DNA of 64,000 nucleotides from Antedon mediterranea (GCF_964355755.1 NC_092674.1:22072001-22136000), one strand, 5' to 3'. Shown: positions 51,063-64,000, counted from the stretch's first letter. Numbers and translations: made by a program. The notes: generated by a model not told the origin, from the letters alone.

Positions 51063-52690
51063 TTTACGCGTGTTGCTAAACTGCGCAAACCTAAAAAAAA
51101 CCTGCGCAAACCTCCTCCAAATGGCTTCTTATTGGTTCTATCATGACTAGGAATATCATAGCAGGTAATTTTCACTAGATACGATAACGACACGATAACG
51201 ACACGAATGACGTTGTCGTGTCGTCGTCGTAACAGGTCCGCGTTTACATTAATTGAACGATTTGGTAACGATTGTCGTGGAGGTGATGACATTGACCGTG
51301 ATACGCTTACTACTATGCAATGTTACAAATTGATAATTTGTAATTTATACAATAATGTTGCCAATTTTTTTTTTAAGATGGAGAATCATGAAACAACTAT
51401 TTTTTATGTAACAAAATTTAATGACAAAATTAATTTTATAACAAAATTAATGATAAATTTAAATTTATGTAAAAAAAGATTCTTGATAAATTATTTTTTA
51501 TGTAACGAATTTCATGACAATTTTTGTTTCTTGTGTAACATGTTTCTGAATCTGAAATTAATCGACATACTAAATAAAGAAGAAATCTATAATTACGATT
51601 AAATTTATAAACAAATATTGATTCCCATACAAAAAAAAAGTATAAATAAATTCAATTATTTACGAAAAAAAAAAATGCATACATGATATTTACAAAATAA
51701 TTACAAAGGTTAAAAGTAAATTCTTTTATTTACAAGAATATTACACAAACAAGACTTAACAACTTAAACAAACTACTGAGCAAATGGACTGAATTACAAA
51801 ATATTTTATTCAACAACATAATTTTTCTATGTTACATAAGTTTGATAAAATCAATTGATGCAACTAATTCTTTGCAAAATAATTTTCTGTTACAAACTTC
51901 TTGTAAAAAATAAATTTATGTAACAAATTTCTTTACAAAATTATTTTTATGTAACAAATTTATCTTCACAAATATTTTTATGAAACAAACTTCTTAACAA
52001 ATTTATCTTATGTAACAAATTTCTTTACAAAATTATTTGTATGTAACAAATGTCCTTGAAAATATATCTAACATGACATAAATTAAATTTAAATATGTTT
52101 TATTAACATAATGACAGGTAAATAAAATTATAACACTGAATCATTATTTTTTTTTTTTTTCACAATCATAAATGAACAACAAACCTAATTACGGCCTAAA
52201 TTAAATAAATGTACAAAGTAAATTCAGTATAATATATTTTATTTATTTTTTGACAACTATCTTGACAAAATTTAATTATGTTATGCGGTATTTATTCTAT
52301 TCAAAGTGTGTCATCCTTTGTAAATGTCATTAGCTTCTGTCGGAACAATGGGTTTCTTTTCTTTGATCATGTAGATTTCCAATTTCAATCCATTTCTATA
52401 TGTCTAATCTGCAATCATTAATTTCCGTTCGCTCTTTTTTTGTTTATAAAATCTCTCAGTATACTAAGGATTAAAAATTACAATCGGCTCCGTATATTCA
52501 CATTTTTTTACCAAATTAAATGTTAATGTTGTAACTTTCTAAACACAAATAAATCACATACATAATAAAAACACATTTCCTGACAAAATTAGTTTCTATG
52601 TTACAACTTCTTTTTAAAAACAAAAATAAAGGTTTTAAGTTGTAACTTTCTTGGTAATTACATCCATTATCATTTGTTTTGTCGAGCGTT

Positions 52691-53182
52691 ATGGTTGATT
52701 TAGAGGAAGTAGTTTTAGCATACATTGAATATAAAATGACGGGGTTAGTTGTTTTGGATTCACCCATCCTCCAGAGTACTATTCGTGCTTGTAAAGAGTT
52801 GGAAAACAATTTTAATGTGTTAGAATTGTGTAAAGATATTTCTTTGGAAGCGCTGTATTATGTATTAGAACAAATGATGAGCGATAGAAAAATAAACGTC
52901 GGCAGACTTGTGACAGGACTCGTTGTATGTACATGTGTTGCGACACAATGTGACACAGAATTGCAGTTAGAAAATGTAAAACGTGTCTCCTGTGGATTTT
53001 TCAAGAAAAAGTTTTCGTTATTTGAACTTCGTAATGACGATGAGTCGGTTAGTATGTTTCGTTTTTTGTTCGTGGGTAGTTTAACAAATATTCTTAAATT
53101 ATTCATTTTATTTATAATGCGCGTGTTTTGTTTACTAATTATTTTTATTTATTATTTTCGTTCAGAATTTGTCTCTGTGTAG
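52691..53182 (+). CDS. Intronless divergent Bcl-2-family protein (viral-type), 163 aa
   Basis: BH4-like EVVLAYIEYKM, BH3-like IRACKELENNF, BH1-like MMSDRKINVGRLVT (NWGR variant), hydrophobic C-terminal tail; BH2 not recognisable. Confidence 0.7.
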   Translation: MVDLEEVVLAYIEYKMTGLVVLDSPILQSTIRACKELENNFNVLELCKDISLEALYYVLEQMMSDRKINVGRLVTGLVVCTCVATQCDTELQLENVKRVSCGFFKKKFSLFELRNDDESVSMFRFLFVGSLTNILKLFILFIMRVFCLLIIFIYYFRSEFVSV

Positions 53183-54339
53183 GAAGGGAGATGTTTTTTT
53201 CAAAGCAGTTGCATTTTTAGTGACTGGTATGGTGTTAACGCTTGTTCTTCGTTGAATGTCTTCAGATGTTTCCTCTAGTCATCAAAACAAATTATTATGA
53301 ACACCATATTGTATTGATCTCTCTAATTAATTTTAGATGTGTTATCATTTATCTAAAATGTATATTTCTCAATAATAAGCATTTACTTTATAAATTTGGT
53401 AAAAATACATTTATAATATTCCTTCTTATTGAAAGTGTCGTTACAAACCGTGCGTCTCAAATTTGTTTCCTTTTGTGTGCGTTTTTATATCAGTACGTAT
53501 TGTGTCTTTCTTAAAAGATTTAAAATTGAAAACACGTATAAAATGAAATTCATTTTGAAATAAAGAAATTGTATTTAAATTTAATAAGTCTATGCTTTAT
53601 ACATTTTGTATGTTTATTTTTGTAATATTATACCTATATATAAAATATAACTACTGTTAAAAATACTACTGTTTAAAATAAAAAATAAAAAGTAAACAGA
53701 ATATTTTTAATCACAATCATTTAATATGTATGTTTGCAATTACATTTAACAAATTCAAAAACTTCATACACGAGTTAAACAACACGCAAAGATCAAATTT
53801 CATTTTTGTTGTTGATGTTAAAAACAAAATGTATTTCAATACAAATTCTATTGTAATACACTTTACAAAATATAATTTTTAATCGCAATCATTATTATGT
53901 ATGTTTGCAATTACATTTTAACAAATTCAAAAACTTGTTTTCTTTTTTTCTTTTTTTTGTATAAATAAATTAGAAAAACATCATACACGAATTAAACAAC
54001 ACGCAAAGATAAAATTTCATTTTTTGTTGTTGATGTTAAAAACAAAATGTATTTCAATAAACATTCTACTTTTAACAGAAAAGAAAAAATTAAGTAAAGT
54101 CAAGAAATAAACTTATCATGAATTAAAATAGGAAAACTACTTTTACAAATTTACACTGACATAAATTAAGTCAAAACATAATTAATTTATTTTATTAAAC
54201 AAATCTATTGCAATACACTTTACAAACATAATAATAATAAAAATTCAACAGAAAATAAAACAAATTAAATTAATTCGAAAAATAAATTTACCATGAATTA
54301 AAATAGGGTAACTACTTTTACAAATTTATAAAAAATAAA

Positions 54340-54528
54340 TATTAAGTGAGATTTTGGTTTACGGTTTATTTTGTTAGGATTAGTTGTTGTTATTTTTTCC
54401 AGTCCGATTCCTCGTACCATGCTACCAACTATTTCAAAATTGACTTCCTTTGATTTTTGGAAATCTAGAGTCAAACCTTTGATTTTGCAAACAGTTTGTC
54501 TGAATCAAATTTTATACACGTTATTTTT
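54340..54528 (-). pseudogene. Polinton/Maverick protein-primed DNA polymerase B, C-terminal fragment
   Basis: Reads TVCKIKGLTLDFQKSKEVNFEIVGSMV...NPNKINR, matching the CKVKGITL...INF motif of Polinton pPolB. Confidence 0.75.
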
Positions 54529-54529
54529 C

Positions 54530-54758
54530 CAAATCCATTCCCCATTGTTCATCAATAGCACTTACAAGTACCCAGTTTTGTTTGAATTTACGTTGAATGG
54601 ATGTGTGTAATGTATTGCTTGTTCAGTCAGTCTTGAACTTGTCTCTTGGTAATATTTAAATCGTCTTTTACATTTTGATAAAGTCGGTCCACACCACCAA
54701 AACTATCAGGATGCTTAGGATCTTAATATACTTTTCTTAAGTACTCATTCATATTCAT
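54530..54758 (-). pseudogene. Polinton/Maverick integrase, N-terminal fragment
   Basis: MNEYLRKVY*DPKHPDSFGGVDRLY and TLHTSIQRKFKQNWVLVSAIDEQWGMDL; stop and frameshift present. Confidence 0.8.
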
Positions 54759-55011
54759 TACCCTCATTCACCCAAATGAAAATTAAAAAAATAAATCAAA
54801 TACTTAAATAACACGCAAAGATCAAATTTCATTTTCGTTGTTGTTGCTTTTAAAAGAAAAAAACACAACCTTTATTTTAACACACATTCTATTTCAATAT
54901 AATTTATAACCATAATAATAATAAATTTACCGAAAAGAAATAAGAATTATAAAATTATGTTACTAACATTAATTAAAAAAGTGTTAAGATATTATTTTAA
55001 ATTTGTACAAA

Positions 55012-55704
55012 TTACAATTGGTAAAGAATCTTATTAAAAAGTTCTGAATCATTTGTAATCAACTTTATGGCTTTATCGAACGCATCAAAATTGATACAAC
55101 GTAAATGAAAGTAGTTTAGCGCCCATTCAAAATGGGTAGCGCTATTGTCCACAAGTTTCAATGCCAGAATTGGTCGAAAAAATGTTGGGAGTTGTTCATA
55201 TCTTGAGCCGTGAAAGTTATAACGTTCAACCATGTCCTTCAGAATGAATATAAATTCTTCTATGAAAACCTTCTCAATTGTTCTCATTATTTCTTTGTAC
55301 TCAAGTTCGGTAGTTTCTTTCTTAATCTCCGCCTCCAGCACAGGGTTCAGGTACTCTTCTGCAAACACCTCATCTTCTACCTCATCCTCTACATCGGCTT
55401 TTCTTGCCAGAAATAGGTGGTAGTCAACTACCGATGACGTGTCGTCGTATACAATCCTCTCCTCTTCAGAAATTATTCTCGATCTATAATGTTCGTCTTC
55501 TTCAGTATTAGATACATTATTGAAATCAACGTTCATTGGAGGTGGGGGTTGAATCGCCATTAAACACGTCATACAATTTGAAGGTACTGCTGTGCCGTGT
55601 TGATGTGAAACTTTGTGTATCTTTACTCGATTAGATACAGCACTCTGTCCTTTTGAAGAAGAAAAAACTCTCTTACTACCGGATTGATTTTGAGTAGAAT
55701 TCAT
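55012..55704 (-). CDS. Intronless hypothetical protein, 230 aa from first ATG; probable Polinton accessory gene
   Basis: Long open frame in very AT-rich DNA, acidic centre and helical-looking C-terminus; no motif recognised. Confidence 0.5.
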   Translation of the reverse strand: MNSTQNQSGSKRVFSSSKGQSAVSNRVKIHKVSHQHGTAVPSNCMTCLMAIQPPPPMNVDFNNVSNTEEDEHYRSRIISEEERIVYDDTSSVVDYHLFLARKADVEDEVEDEVFAEEYLNPVLEAEIKKETTELEYKEIMRTIEKVFIEEFIFILKDMVERYNFHGSRYEQLPTFFRPILALKLVDNSATHFEWALNYFHLRCINFDAFDKAIKLITNDSELFNKILYQL

Positions 55705-55849
55705 CCTGATAGATAATAACAGCAGGATAAAAAACAGATGACTAAATGTTAAAAATCTAAAGCAGGAAAACTGTACTGTTTTCAAATTAACAATCTGTAT
55801 ATATATAGTAAATCAGGTACCGTGTTAACAATAAAATAATTTAAATATA

Positions 55850-57161
55850 TCATACTTAATTCAATAATTCATAGAATAAATACCAACGCAATTACTAAGT
55901 ATTCATTAAAACACTCTCATATTAATAAAAATATATTAATATTCACGAATATTAAAACATCTCATTACTTATTCATTGGACTGAGATCGCTACGCTTACA
56001 AAAACAACGAATTATGATTGGTAGATTAATTCATTAGCGCTATGTTTATAAGGAATCTTATTGGTTCATTGCCTGATGACGTCACATACCCGCTAAAATC
56101 ACAGGATTTGAAAAAATAGACAGCGGATTGATGTTATGATTTTGTTCTTATACAAACATAAAAAAAAGCAGTAATCAAAGCTGATTAAACTTGTAGATTT
56201 TATTCATTAAAATATACTATAATATCAGACTTCTCAATGAAGGTAAGCACATTATTTTTAATTTTTATTTATTTATTTATTTATTACCATCTTTATATAT
56301 TGAAGGAATACCCTTAAAAAATAATGCGGTTATGTAACTAAACGAAAAAACAAAAGGATAAAAACTAATAAAATAATTAAACAACTTTTAATATCTTTGA
56401 ATATCTCAACAAGGACAACGAATTCTAATTTCATTAGCATTATGCTTATAAGGAATCTTATTGGTTCATTGCCGGATGACGTCACATACCCGCTAAAACC
56501 ACAGAATTACAAAAAATGACCTGTCCACGCCTCACATGTAAACTAATTCCATGGAAAGACAGCGAATTGATGTTATGATTCCTAATATATACAAACATAA
56601 AAAACAGTAATCAAAGCTGATTAAACTTGTGGATTTTATTCATTAAACTGTACATCAGACTTCTCAATGAAGGTAAGCACATTGTCTTTAATATTTAAAT
56701 GTAAATATTTATTTAAACATTATGTAATACATGTATTACGTTTGAAAATTATACTTAAAACTATCACTCATTTACTAATTATTCATTAAAACACCCCTCA
56801 TATTAATAAAAATATATTAATATTCATGAATATTAAAACATCTCATTACTTATACATTGGACTGAGATCGCTAAACAAATTATTAATTAATTCATTTATT
56901 CATAAATAATACCCTTTAAAATATTAATATTCATAAAAACTACTCTTCATAATTAATTCATTTATTCATAATAATACCTTTTAAAATATTAATTATTCTT
57001 AAAAACTACCCCCTCATAATTAATTAATTTATTAATTTATTAATAAATAATACCCTTTAAAATATTAATTATTCATAAATACTACACTCATAATTAATAT
57101 ATTAATATTCATTAATTAATTTATGAATTATTCATTGGACTGTACGGGATATTATACTACT
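55850..57161. mobile_element. Putative Polinton terminal repeat region
   Basis: Ends ATATTATACTACT (AGTAGT... on minus, the usual Polinton terminus); internal duplications 56030-56260/56430-56690 with TGACGTCA and ATTGG boxes. Confidence 0.6.
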
Positions 57162-57574
57162 TAGGCCCAAGCTAGGCTTAATTAATAATAGTATTATTAT
57201 TTAATTGTATAGCTGGCCTAGACCTAGCTAGGCTAATAACAATACTACTATATAATAATATAGTATTAGCCTACAGGCCTAGTAATAGTAGGCTAGTAGT
57301 AGTACTGTACCATTAAAACAGTTTATATATAGTTAAACCTCTAGCTAGCCCCCCACCACTAGCCTAGAAGGCCTACTACCAAATGTAGCATATCACAGGT
57401 CTGCTGCTGCTTGCTAGCCCTATCCGTCGTCAGTCAGCAATGGAATGCATGTATAGGTATACCTTTACTAGGCCTCAGTCTAGGCGCGCTAGGTCTAGCC
57501 TAGACCTCTAGGCCTAGCCTAGGCCTAGTAGGTAGGGGCCTAGGCTAGGCTTAGCTGGCCTTGGCTAGCCTACT

Positions 57575-57836
57575 CCTTTCTATCTAGCCTAGCTAGGCCA
57601 GGCCTTTATAATAAATAGCCTATCTATACCTATGACTTAATTTGATAAGATGATAGCACGTAAGATATTGGTTCAATTAAGGCTAATAAACTGTATATTC
57701 TATTAAATTTGTAGCTGAATTTACGTACCATTTTTAAACGTCGCGGTGCACAAACCAAGTGACGTCTTTGACATTATAGGTGCATCCTGATTGGCTATTA
57801 TAAAATCGTGTCGTGTGTCGTGTCGTGAAAAATGTG

Positions 57837-57894
<58 letters not shown>

Positions 57895-58475
57895 TATTAA
57901 TAATACTTACTTACTTACTTACTCCTTTCTATCTAGCCTAGCTAGGCCAGGCCTTTATAATAAATAGCCTATCTATACGTGTCGTGTGTCGTGTCGTGAA
58001 AAATGGGTTGTAAGTAAGTAAGTAAGTAAGTAAGTAATATTAATAATACTTACTTACTTACTTACTCCTTTCTATCTAGCCTAGCTAGGCCAGGCCTTTA
58101 TAATAAATAGCCTACCTATACGTGTCGTGTGTCGTGTCGTGAAAAATGGGTTGTAAGTAAGTAAGTAAGTAAGTAAGTAATATTAATAATACTTACTTAC
58201 TTACTTACTCCTTTCTATCTAGCCTAGCTAGGCCAGGCCTTTATAATAAATAGCCTATCTATACCAATGACTTAATTTGATAAGATGATAGCACGTAAGA
58301 TATTGGTTCAATTAAGGCTAATAAACTGTATATTCTATTAAATTTGTAGCTGAATTTACGTACCATTTTTAAACGTCGCGGTGCACAAACCAAGTGACGT
58401 CTTTGACATTATAGGTGCATCCTGATTGGCTATTATAAAATCGTGTCGTGTGTCGTGTCGTGAAAAATGGGTTGT
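57575..58475. repeat. Tandem units with head-to-head (GTAA)n-TATTAATAATA-(CTTA)n palindromes
   Basis: Three palindromes at about 57839-57923, 58010-58066 and 58153-58209; 57575-57840 is duplicated at 58210-58475. Confidence 0.9.
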
Positions 58476-59069
58476 AAACCCATTCAGTACGACCGATTTT
58501 TTCCCGTACACGACACGGTTGTCGGAGACGGTTCTAATGTAAACGTTTATATTCTACAACACGTAACCCAATTTATCGTGTTGCCATCGTGTCGTTATCG
58601 TGTCGTTATCGTATCTAGTGTTAATGGCGTTTTACACTGTAAAATCTGACATTTTACCCACAAAAATTATGTTTTCCCCCAAAAAAAAGCCAATAGGCCT
58701 ATACAGCAATTTTATTTTTTTTTTCATAAATTACTTGATATGATAGTCCCAGTCATGATAGAACCAATAATAAGTGATTTGGAGGAGTTTTGCACAGGTT
58801 TTTTTAGGTTTGCGCGATTTACACTGTAAAATCTGACATTTTACCCAAAAAAAAGATGTTTTTCCACCCAAACAAGCCAACTTACAGCAATTTCATAATT
58901 TTTTTTTCATAATTTACTTGCTGTCATAGTCCTAGTCATGATAAAACCAATAATAAGTGATTTAGAGGAGGTTTGCGCAGGGTTTTTTTAGGTTTGAGCG
59001 ATTTACACTGTACAATCTGACATTTTACCCCAAAAATGATGTTTTTCCCCCAAAAAAAAGTCAACTTAA

Positions 59070-62000
59070 GAGCCATTGTCTGTAAGAATCAAAGAAATAT
59101 CAAAAAGAGTGGCAGACTAAAAAAATGGATTTCTTTCAAATTTTGCACATGGCTATATATGTGTTGAGAGAAATCAAATATGAAGTATTTTTTATTTCAC
59201 ACGTATATTGCCATGGCAACGGCCAAATTTGTGTTTTTGACAAATTTTGTCCTTTTTTAAGGTTTTTTAAAATGGATATTGGTACTACTTTGATGATCGA
59301 TATTTTTGTTTTGTTCATTTAATTATAAAAAATAATTAGTGTATGCATAATAACAATGCATTGTGTACCTGTTTCAAATTTTTTTATTTTTTTTTATTTC
59401 ATACTTTGGGAGATACCATTTATTTAAAAAGGGGTGTTTTTCACTTTTTTTAAATTGTTCAATGCAACTAAACTTTACTTCACCATAACGCCCAAAGTGG
59501 TGTATTTTTTTAGCTGATTTATTACAAATAGGTAGTTCTAATGTTTAATAATTGATTTCTAAAATAAAATACTGGGGTAAATTTAAAATCTACAAGCAGT
59601 GTTGCGAGAAACATAGGCATTTTTATAAAAAAAAAACATGGTATATTAGTAAAAACATTTTATTTTCTTTGATTATTTGATTTTAAACTCATTGGTCAGA
59701 AAAAATTCTTAATGTTTTATATAGTTCTAGTTGTGTTGTGAGAAAAAAAATTAATTCTTAATTATAGATTCTGTAATTCCCAGTTTTAATGTCATTTTAT
59801 AGGTTATATCCTCTGGAAATTTGAATAAATTATCAGATCGTTGTGAATTTTAATCTTTGCAACAGATTACTCCTCTCTTATTTTGAAGCTCCTCTTTCAT
59901 TTGTTTACTTCTTTTATTTGCTAACCTAAGCAGATCCCACATGCCCATCCACCACCACTTTCGACTACCACCCCTCCCCCCCCCCGCCCACCCCGACTAT
60001 AACCACAAAAAGATAAACTTTGGTCGACCATCCACTATAGAGTGTCAAATGCATGCATTCAAGCACCACCCACACTGCCGCTACTATCGCCCCAATGAAT
60101 AGACGGATTCAAACTCCTCCATCCCACCCCCAAGTTAAAAATTGCAATGCAAAAGATAGGACATAAAGTTAAGTTTTTAGACCCTCGCCTTCAACCCCCT
60201 AACTATTTAAAAGTCCTGGGTCCACCACTTTCCCCTCCCCAAAATAGAACCAATCAAAAGTCAATAATATACTCGGGTATGTTAATGCTACATAACAAAT
60301 ATTGAAGCCCTGATTTGAAATTTCATTTCATTTAAGGTCAGCATGTAAAATATCACACTTTATTATTAAATATTGGTTTTAAATTCTATATTTTGTTTAC
60401 TGTGATGGTTGGATTCAGTACTAATTATTAATTAATAATTATCTGATAATTATTTAATTTCCCTTAGTTATGCATAGCAACAGTTACTATGGTAACTAAA
60501 AATGAGATATTCTTTAGATTTTGCATATTTATCTCATACAAATTTAAATTTGTAGATTATTAGCAGGCATGCCTTATTTGCATTTTCAAATTACCGTTTC
60601 ACATGGTCATATTCGTAAGCACTTTCTTCTGTGATTATTTTTATTAACGGACGCACTTTGAAAAGCCTGTTTGTTCTTCCTATCAGTATCTAATTAGTGC
60701 ATTTGGTGCTTACCGTAAGCAGCTGCGGGCACCTTTTTATACTAAAAATGAGATTTTTTGTAAGCGGCCAATCGAAAAATGTGATACTTATTGCATGGAC
60801 CTATGAATTAGTGGTGCATGTTTATTGTATTTCTTTATATATTAGCTTTATTTTGAAGAGGTTTTAAAAACATTACTGTGAAGAGATGAGAAAACTACAC
60901 AGATTTTGACCGACCATTTTTCATATGATAAAAGTTTTTAAAATTTGTCTGAAAATGATAAAAAATACTAAACCACCTGATTATATATAATAATAGGCCT
61001 ACAATTAGCTGGAAAATTGAGAGGCTCGTTTCGTTAAGAATGTCATATATAGCCATAATAAGTGATTTTGGCCCTTACCTCCTGTAAGGGGTCCCGAGGG
61101 TGGCCACTTACGGGAGGTTCAACTGTATTTAAAAGAACCATTATCCTTAGTTATGCATAGAAACAGGTTCTAAGATAACATAAATAAAACATTTTGACAT
61201 AACTTGACCCAACAAATGACCCTTTCACAAGGTCAGACATTTTCTGGGATTCAGTAGATAAGTAAATTTGGGAAAAGGTAGTAAAGCTATGTAATCAATT
61301 GTTTGTAGTCAAATGACCCTTTCACAAGGTCAGACATTTTCTGGGATTCAGTAGATAAGTAAATTTGGGAAAAGGTAGTAAAGCTATGTAATCACTTAGT
61401 TACGTATAGAAACAGTTGCTACAATACACTATTGGTAAAATGTTGATGTCATTTTACCTCAATATGTAAAATTTTTTTTTTTCATGAAAACTCCATATTT
61501 ACTTTTTTTTTTAAATATCATTAGTTATGTAAACAGGTTTAAGATAACACTAAAGGTCATTTTTTTACCTTTATTCAGATTCGTCAAGACTTTCTTTCTG
61601 AGATTATTAGGATTCAGTATTTAAAGTAAATTTGGCAAAAAGTAGAAATGTAAAACTATGTAGAAAAAATGTTTTGTATTTATGAAAAACCCCTTATTTT
61701 TGTGAAATTTTCGCATAGAAACAGTTACTATGGTAAAATGTTGACCTCAAAATGAATGAATTTACAATGTCAAGTTTGTCATTAATGGAATGCAGTAGAA
61801 GTAAAATTGAGAAAAATTACAAATGCAATCAATTCTTTGTATTTATAAAAACGCAATTTTTTACGTTTTTTTAAAAATTACTTTCCTTAGTTAATGACCT
61901 CAAATGACCTATTTACAAGGTCAGATTTTTTGGGAGGTCTTTCTGTATCTCTTTACACAAAATAGATTTAAAAATTTATAAAAACCATTAACGCAATTAT

Positions 62001-62775
62001 TTCCAAGTTTAACATTATTTTCCATCAACTAAATATTTCAATGCAAAATACTGTTTTTCTGGCAATTAATTGAAATAAACCTGGCAACACATTCTCCTAT
62101 TTTATCTAAACTATTCGTATGACTTTAGAAGCATTATGACAAGCCACATATACATTTTATTATTGGATTAGCCGTATTTAAATTGTGTTTCATGTGTTTT
62201 GTTTGTTGATATTTTGTTATATTTTTTTTATTTTTCGTATTTTCCTGGCAACAGAAAACCTATGTACAAAATTTGCCCCAGTATTTTTTTTGTGATTATT
62301 GTTGACAAACCTATTGACTATCAAATTAAAAAATCTCATTGATTTAAAAACACCACTTTGGAAGTTATAGGTACGTTTATGAGGTATACTTTTATTTAAA
62401 AAATATTTTTTAAAACACCCCTTTTTAAAATAATGGTATCAACCAAACTCCATTTTGTAATTTATTTTTTTTCAACATTAAATGGAACTCAATACATGTT
62501 GTTTACACTGCTATAAACAAAAAATGTATACTGTAAGTATTTTTGGTTAAAATAAGTATACAAGTTTGTACTTTTTCACTATAGAAAATCTGTGAAAAAT
62601 GGCAAAAACATCAAAATTTGGATAATTGACCGTTGTCATGGCAACGGAGGCTAAAAATTTAAATGAATGTTGTAGATATGCTTTTTATTGAAATGTCTAT
62701 TCATGGTAAAAATTTGAGAGAAATCCATTTTTTTACATCTGCCACCAAATCTTTGATTTTTACAGAAAATGGCTC
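59070..62775. mobile_element. TTAA-flanked non-autonomous DNA transposon with long imperfect TIRs (Kolobok-like)
   Basis: TTAA|GAGCCATTGTCTGTAAGAATCAAAGA ... TCTTTGATTTTTACAGAAAATGGCTC|TTAA; inverted similarity extends several hundred bp. Confidence 0.7.
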
Positions 62776-63009
62776 TTAATACAGCAATTTCATAATTTTT
62801 TTTCATAAATTACTTGCTGTGATAGTCCTAGTCTCGATAGAATCAATAATAAGTGATTTGGAGGAGGTTTGCGCAGGTTTTTTTAGAAATGGTCTACCGT
62901 ACCTGATCAGGTAAGAGCATTCGGCGCATGAAGCCAAAATGTATCGTGATAATCACTTCACCATCACTTGGCGAATATGCATTATTTGCAGTAGTACACA
63001 ATATGGAAT

Positions 63010-63226
63010 ATTAAGGTCTACATAATTTGGATTAAGGCCTACACAATTTGGATTATTAAGGCCTACATAATTTGGATTATTAAGGCCTACATAATTTGGA
63101 TTATTAAGGCCTACATAATTTGGATTATTAAGGCCTACATAATTTGGATTATTAAGGCCTACATAATTTGGATATTAAGGCCTACATAATTTGGATTATT
63201 AACGCCTACATAATTTGGATTATTAA
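63010..63226. repeat. 24-bp minisatellite AAGGCCTACATAATTTGGATTATT, about 9 copies
   Basis: Direct head-to-tail copies with no spacers. Confidence 0.95.
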
Positions 63227-63385
63227 CAATAATAGCATACACAATTTACAAAATTACTTGCTATGGTAGTCCTGGTCATGATAGAACCAATAATTAGCCA
63301 TTTGGAGGAGGTTTGCGCTGGTTTTTTTTTTTAGGTTTGCGCTGTTTGCGCTTGGTTTGCGCAGTTAAGCAATATCCTTTACGTG

Positions 63386-63905
63386 GTATAACAGTAGTTA
63401 AGGATTTGCTTAATGATAACGGAAGTATGCTGTCTTATGAAAAGTTTCATATTAAATATGATATACGTGTGGATTTTTTGACATACCATAGTATAATTGT
63501 AGCTATTCCTAAAATATGGAGAGATGCCATGCAATATAATAACTATGATATAATGTTAAAACAAACAAAATGAAGTAATTATAGCATCGAATTTAAAATT
63601 GATAGCAAAACTTGCATATACCTTAATAATAATCGCATTAGTGCCGCATACCTGTATCAAATGGGAAAACGAATTTGGACATATAGCCGACTGGGAGGTG
63701 TTATATAAATTAACATACATAAGTACAATGGACATAAGACTGAGATATTTTTAGTATAAAATATTAAATATGTTCTTGACTACAAATGTTTTACTACATA
63801 AATTTAAAATTAAAGATTCTGAATTATGCGATACTTATAAGGAAGAGCCGAGTGTTTGCATCATCTTTTTTGGAAATGCAAAAAAGTAATATCAATTTGG
63901 AAAGA
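63386..63905 (+). mobile_element. Tx1/L1-clade LINE ORF2 fragment, right part
   Basis: GITVVKDLL...FLTYHSIIVAIPKIW and degenerate C-terminal zinc region (ELCD...HLFWKC). Confidence 0.75.
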
Positions 63906-64000
63906 CAAATTAATCAAACAAAATGAATTTTTAATAAACCACTACAAACAAAACAGACAGTAGGCCTGCCACTACTACTAGAATAGTTAGTTATCATTTC

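Larger units (their letters stand above)
51173..58620. mobile_element. Non-autonomous CACTA/EnSpm element
   Basis: Perfect TIR CACTAGATACGATAACGACACGATAACGACACGA at both ends, flanked by TT on both sides; no transposase seen. Confidence 0.85.
51063..63385. mobile_element. Large TIR element (possibly CMC/EnSpm-like) splitting the LINE
   Basis: TTGCTAAACTGCGCAAACC...CCTCCTCCAAATGGCT at 51073-51150 is the inverse of 63270-63372; right end ...ACGTG; candidate TSD GT; subterminal repeats at 58630-59065, 62780-62885 and 63250-63365. Confidence 0.7.

Noticed and set aside
63010-63226. CRISPR-like regular repeats
   Set aside because: Head-to-tail 24-mers without unique spacers, no cas genes, eukaryotic context.

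Overview
AT-rich, intron-containing eukaryotic DNA, most likely a marine invertebrate (echinoderm-like by impression; not provable from the window). The left 43 kb holds a minus-strand tandem cluster of four caspase-8-like paralogs whose exons I assembled by hand from GT/AG sites and frame phase: a short-prodomain caspase (40.7-42.0 kb), a tandem-DED caspase with a micro-exon linker (25.6-33.3 kb), a second non-DED caspase (16.9-22.2 kb), and a catalytically dead caspase (SHG->SDG, QACR->QASR) that splices in frame into a ROC GTPase and the start of a COR domain, running off the left edge. This pseudo-caspase-Roco fusion beside active paralogs is the standout and looks like an integrated-decoy sensor. 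The right 21 kb is transposon debris: a DIRS remnant and a Tx1/L1 LINE split by a 12.3 kb nested insertion. That insertion contains a CACTA element carrying a Polinton/Maverick fragment with an intact intronless Bcl-2-like ORF. Introns carry Penelope remnants with hammerhead ribozyme motifs, a tRNA-derived tandem unit, SINEs and Helentron-like repeats. All family calls rest on recognised motifs, not database searches.
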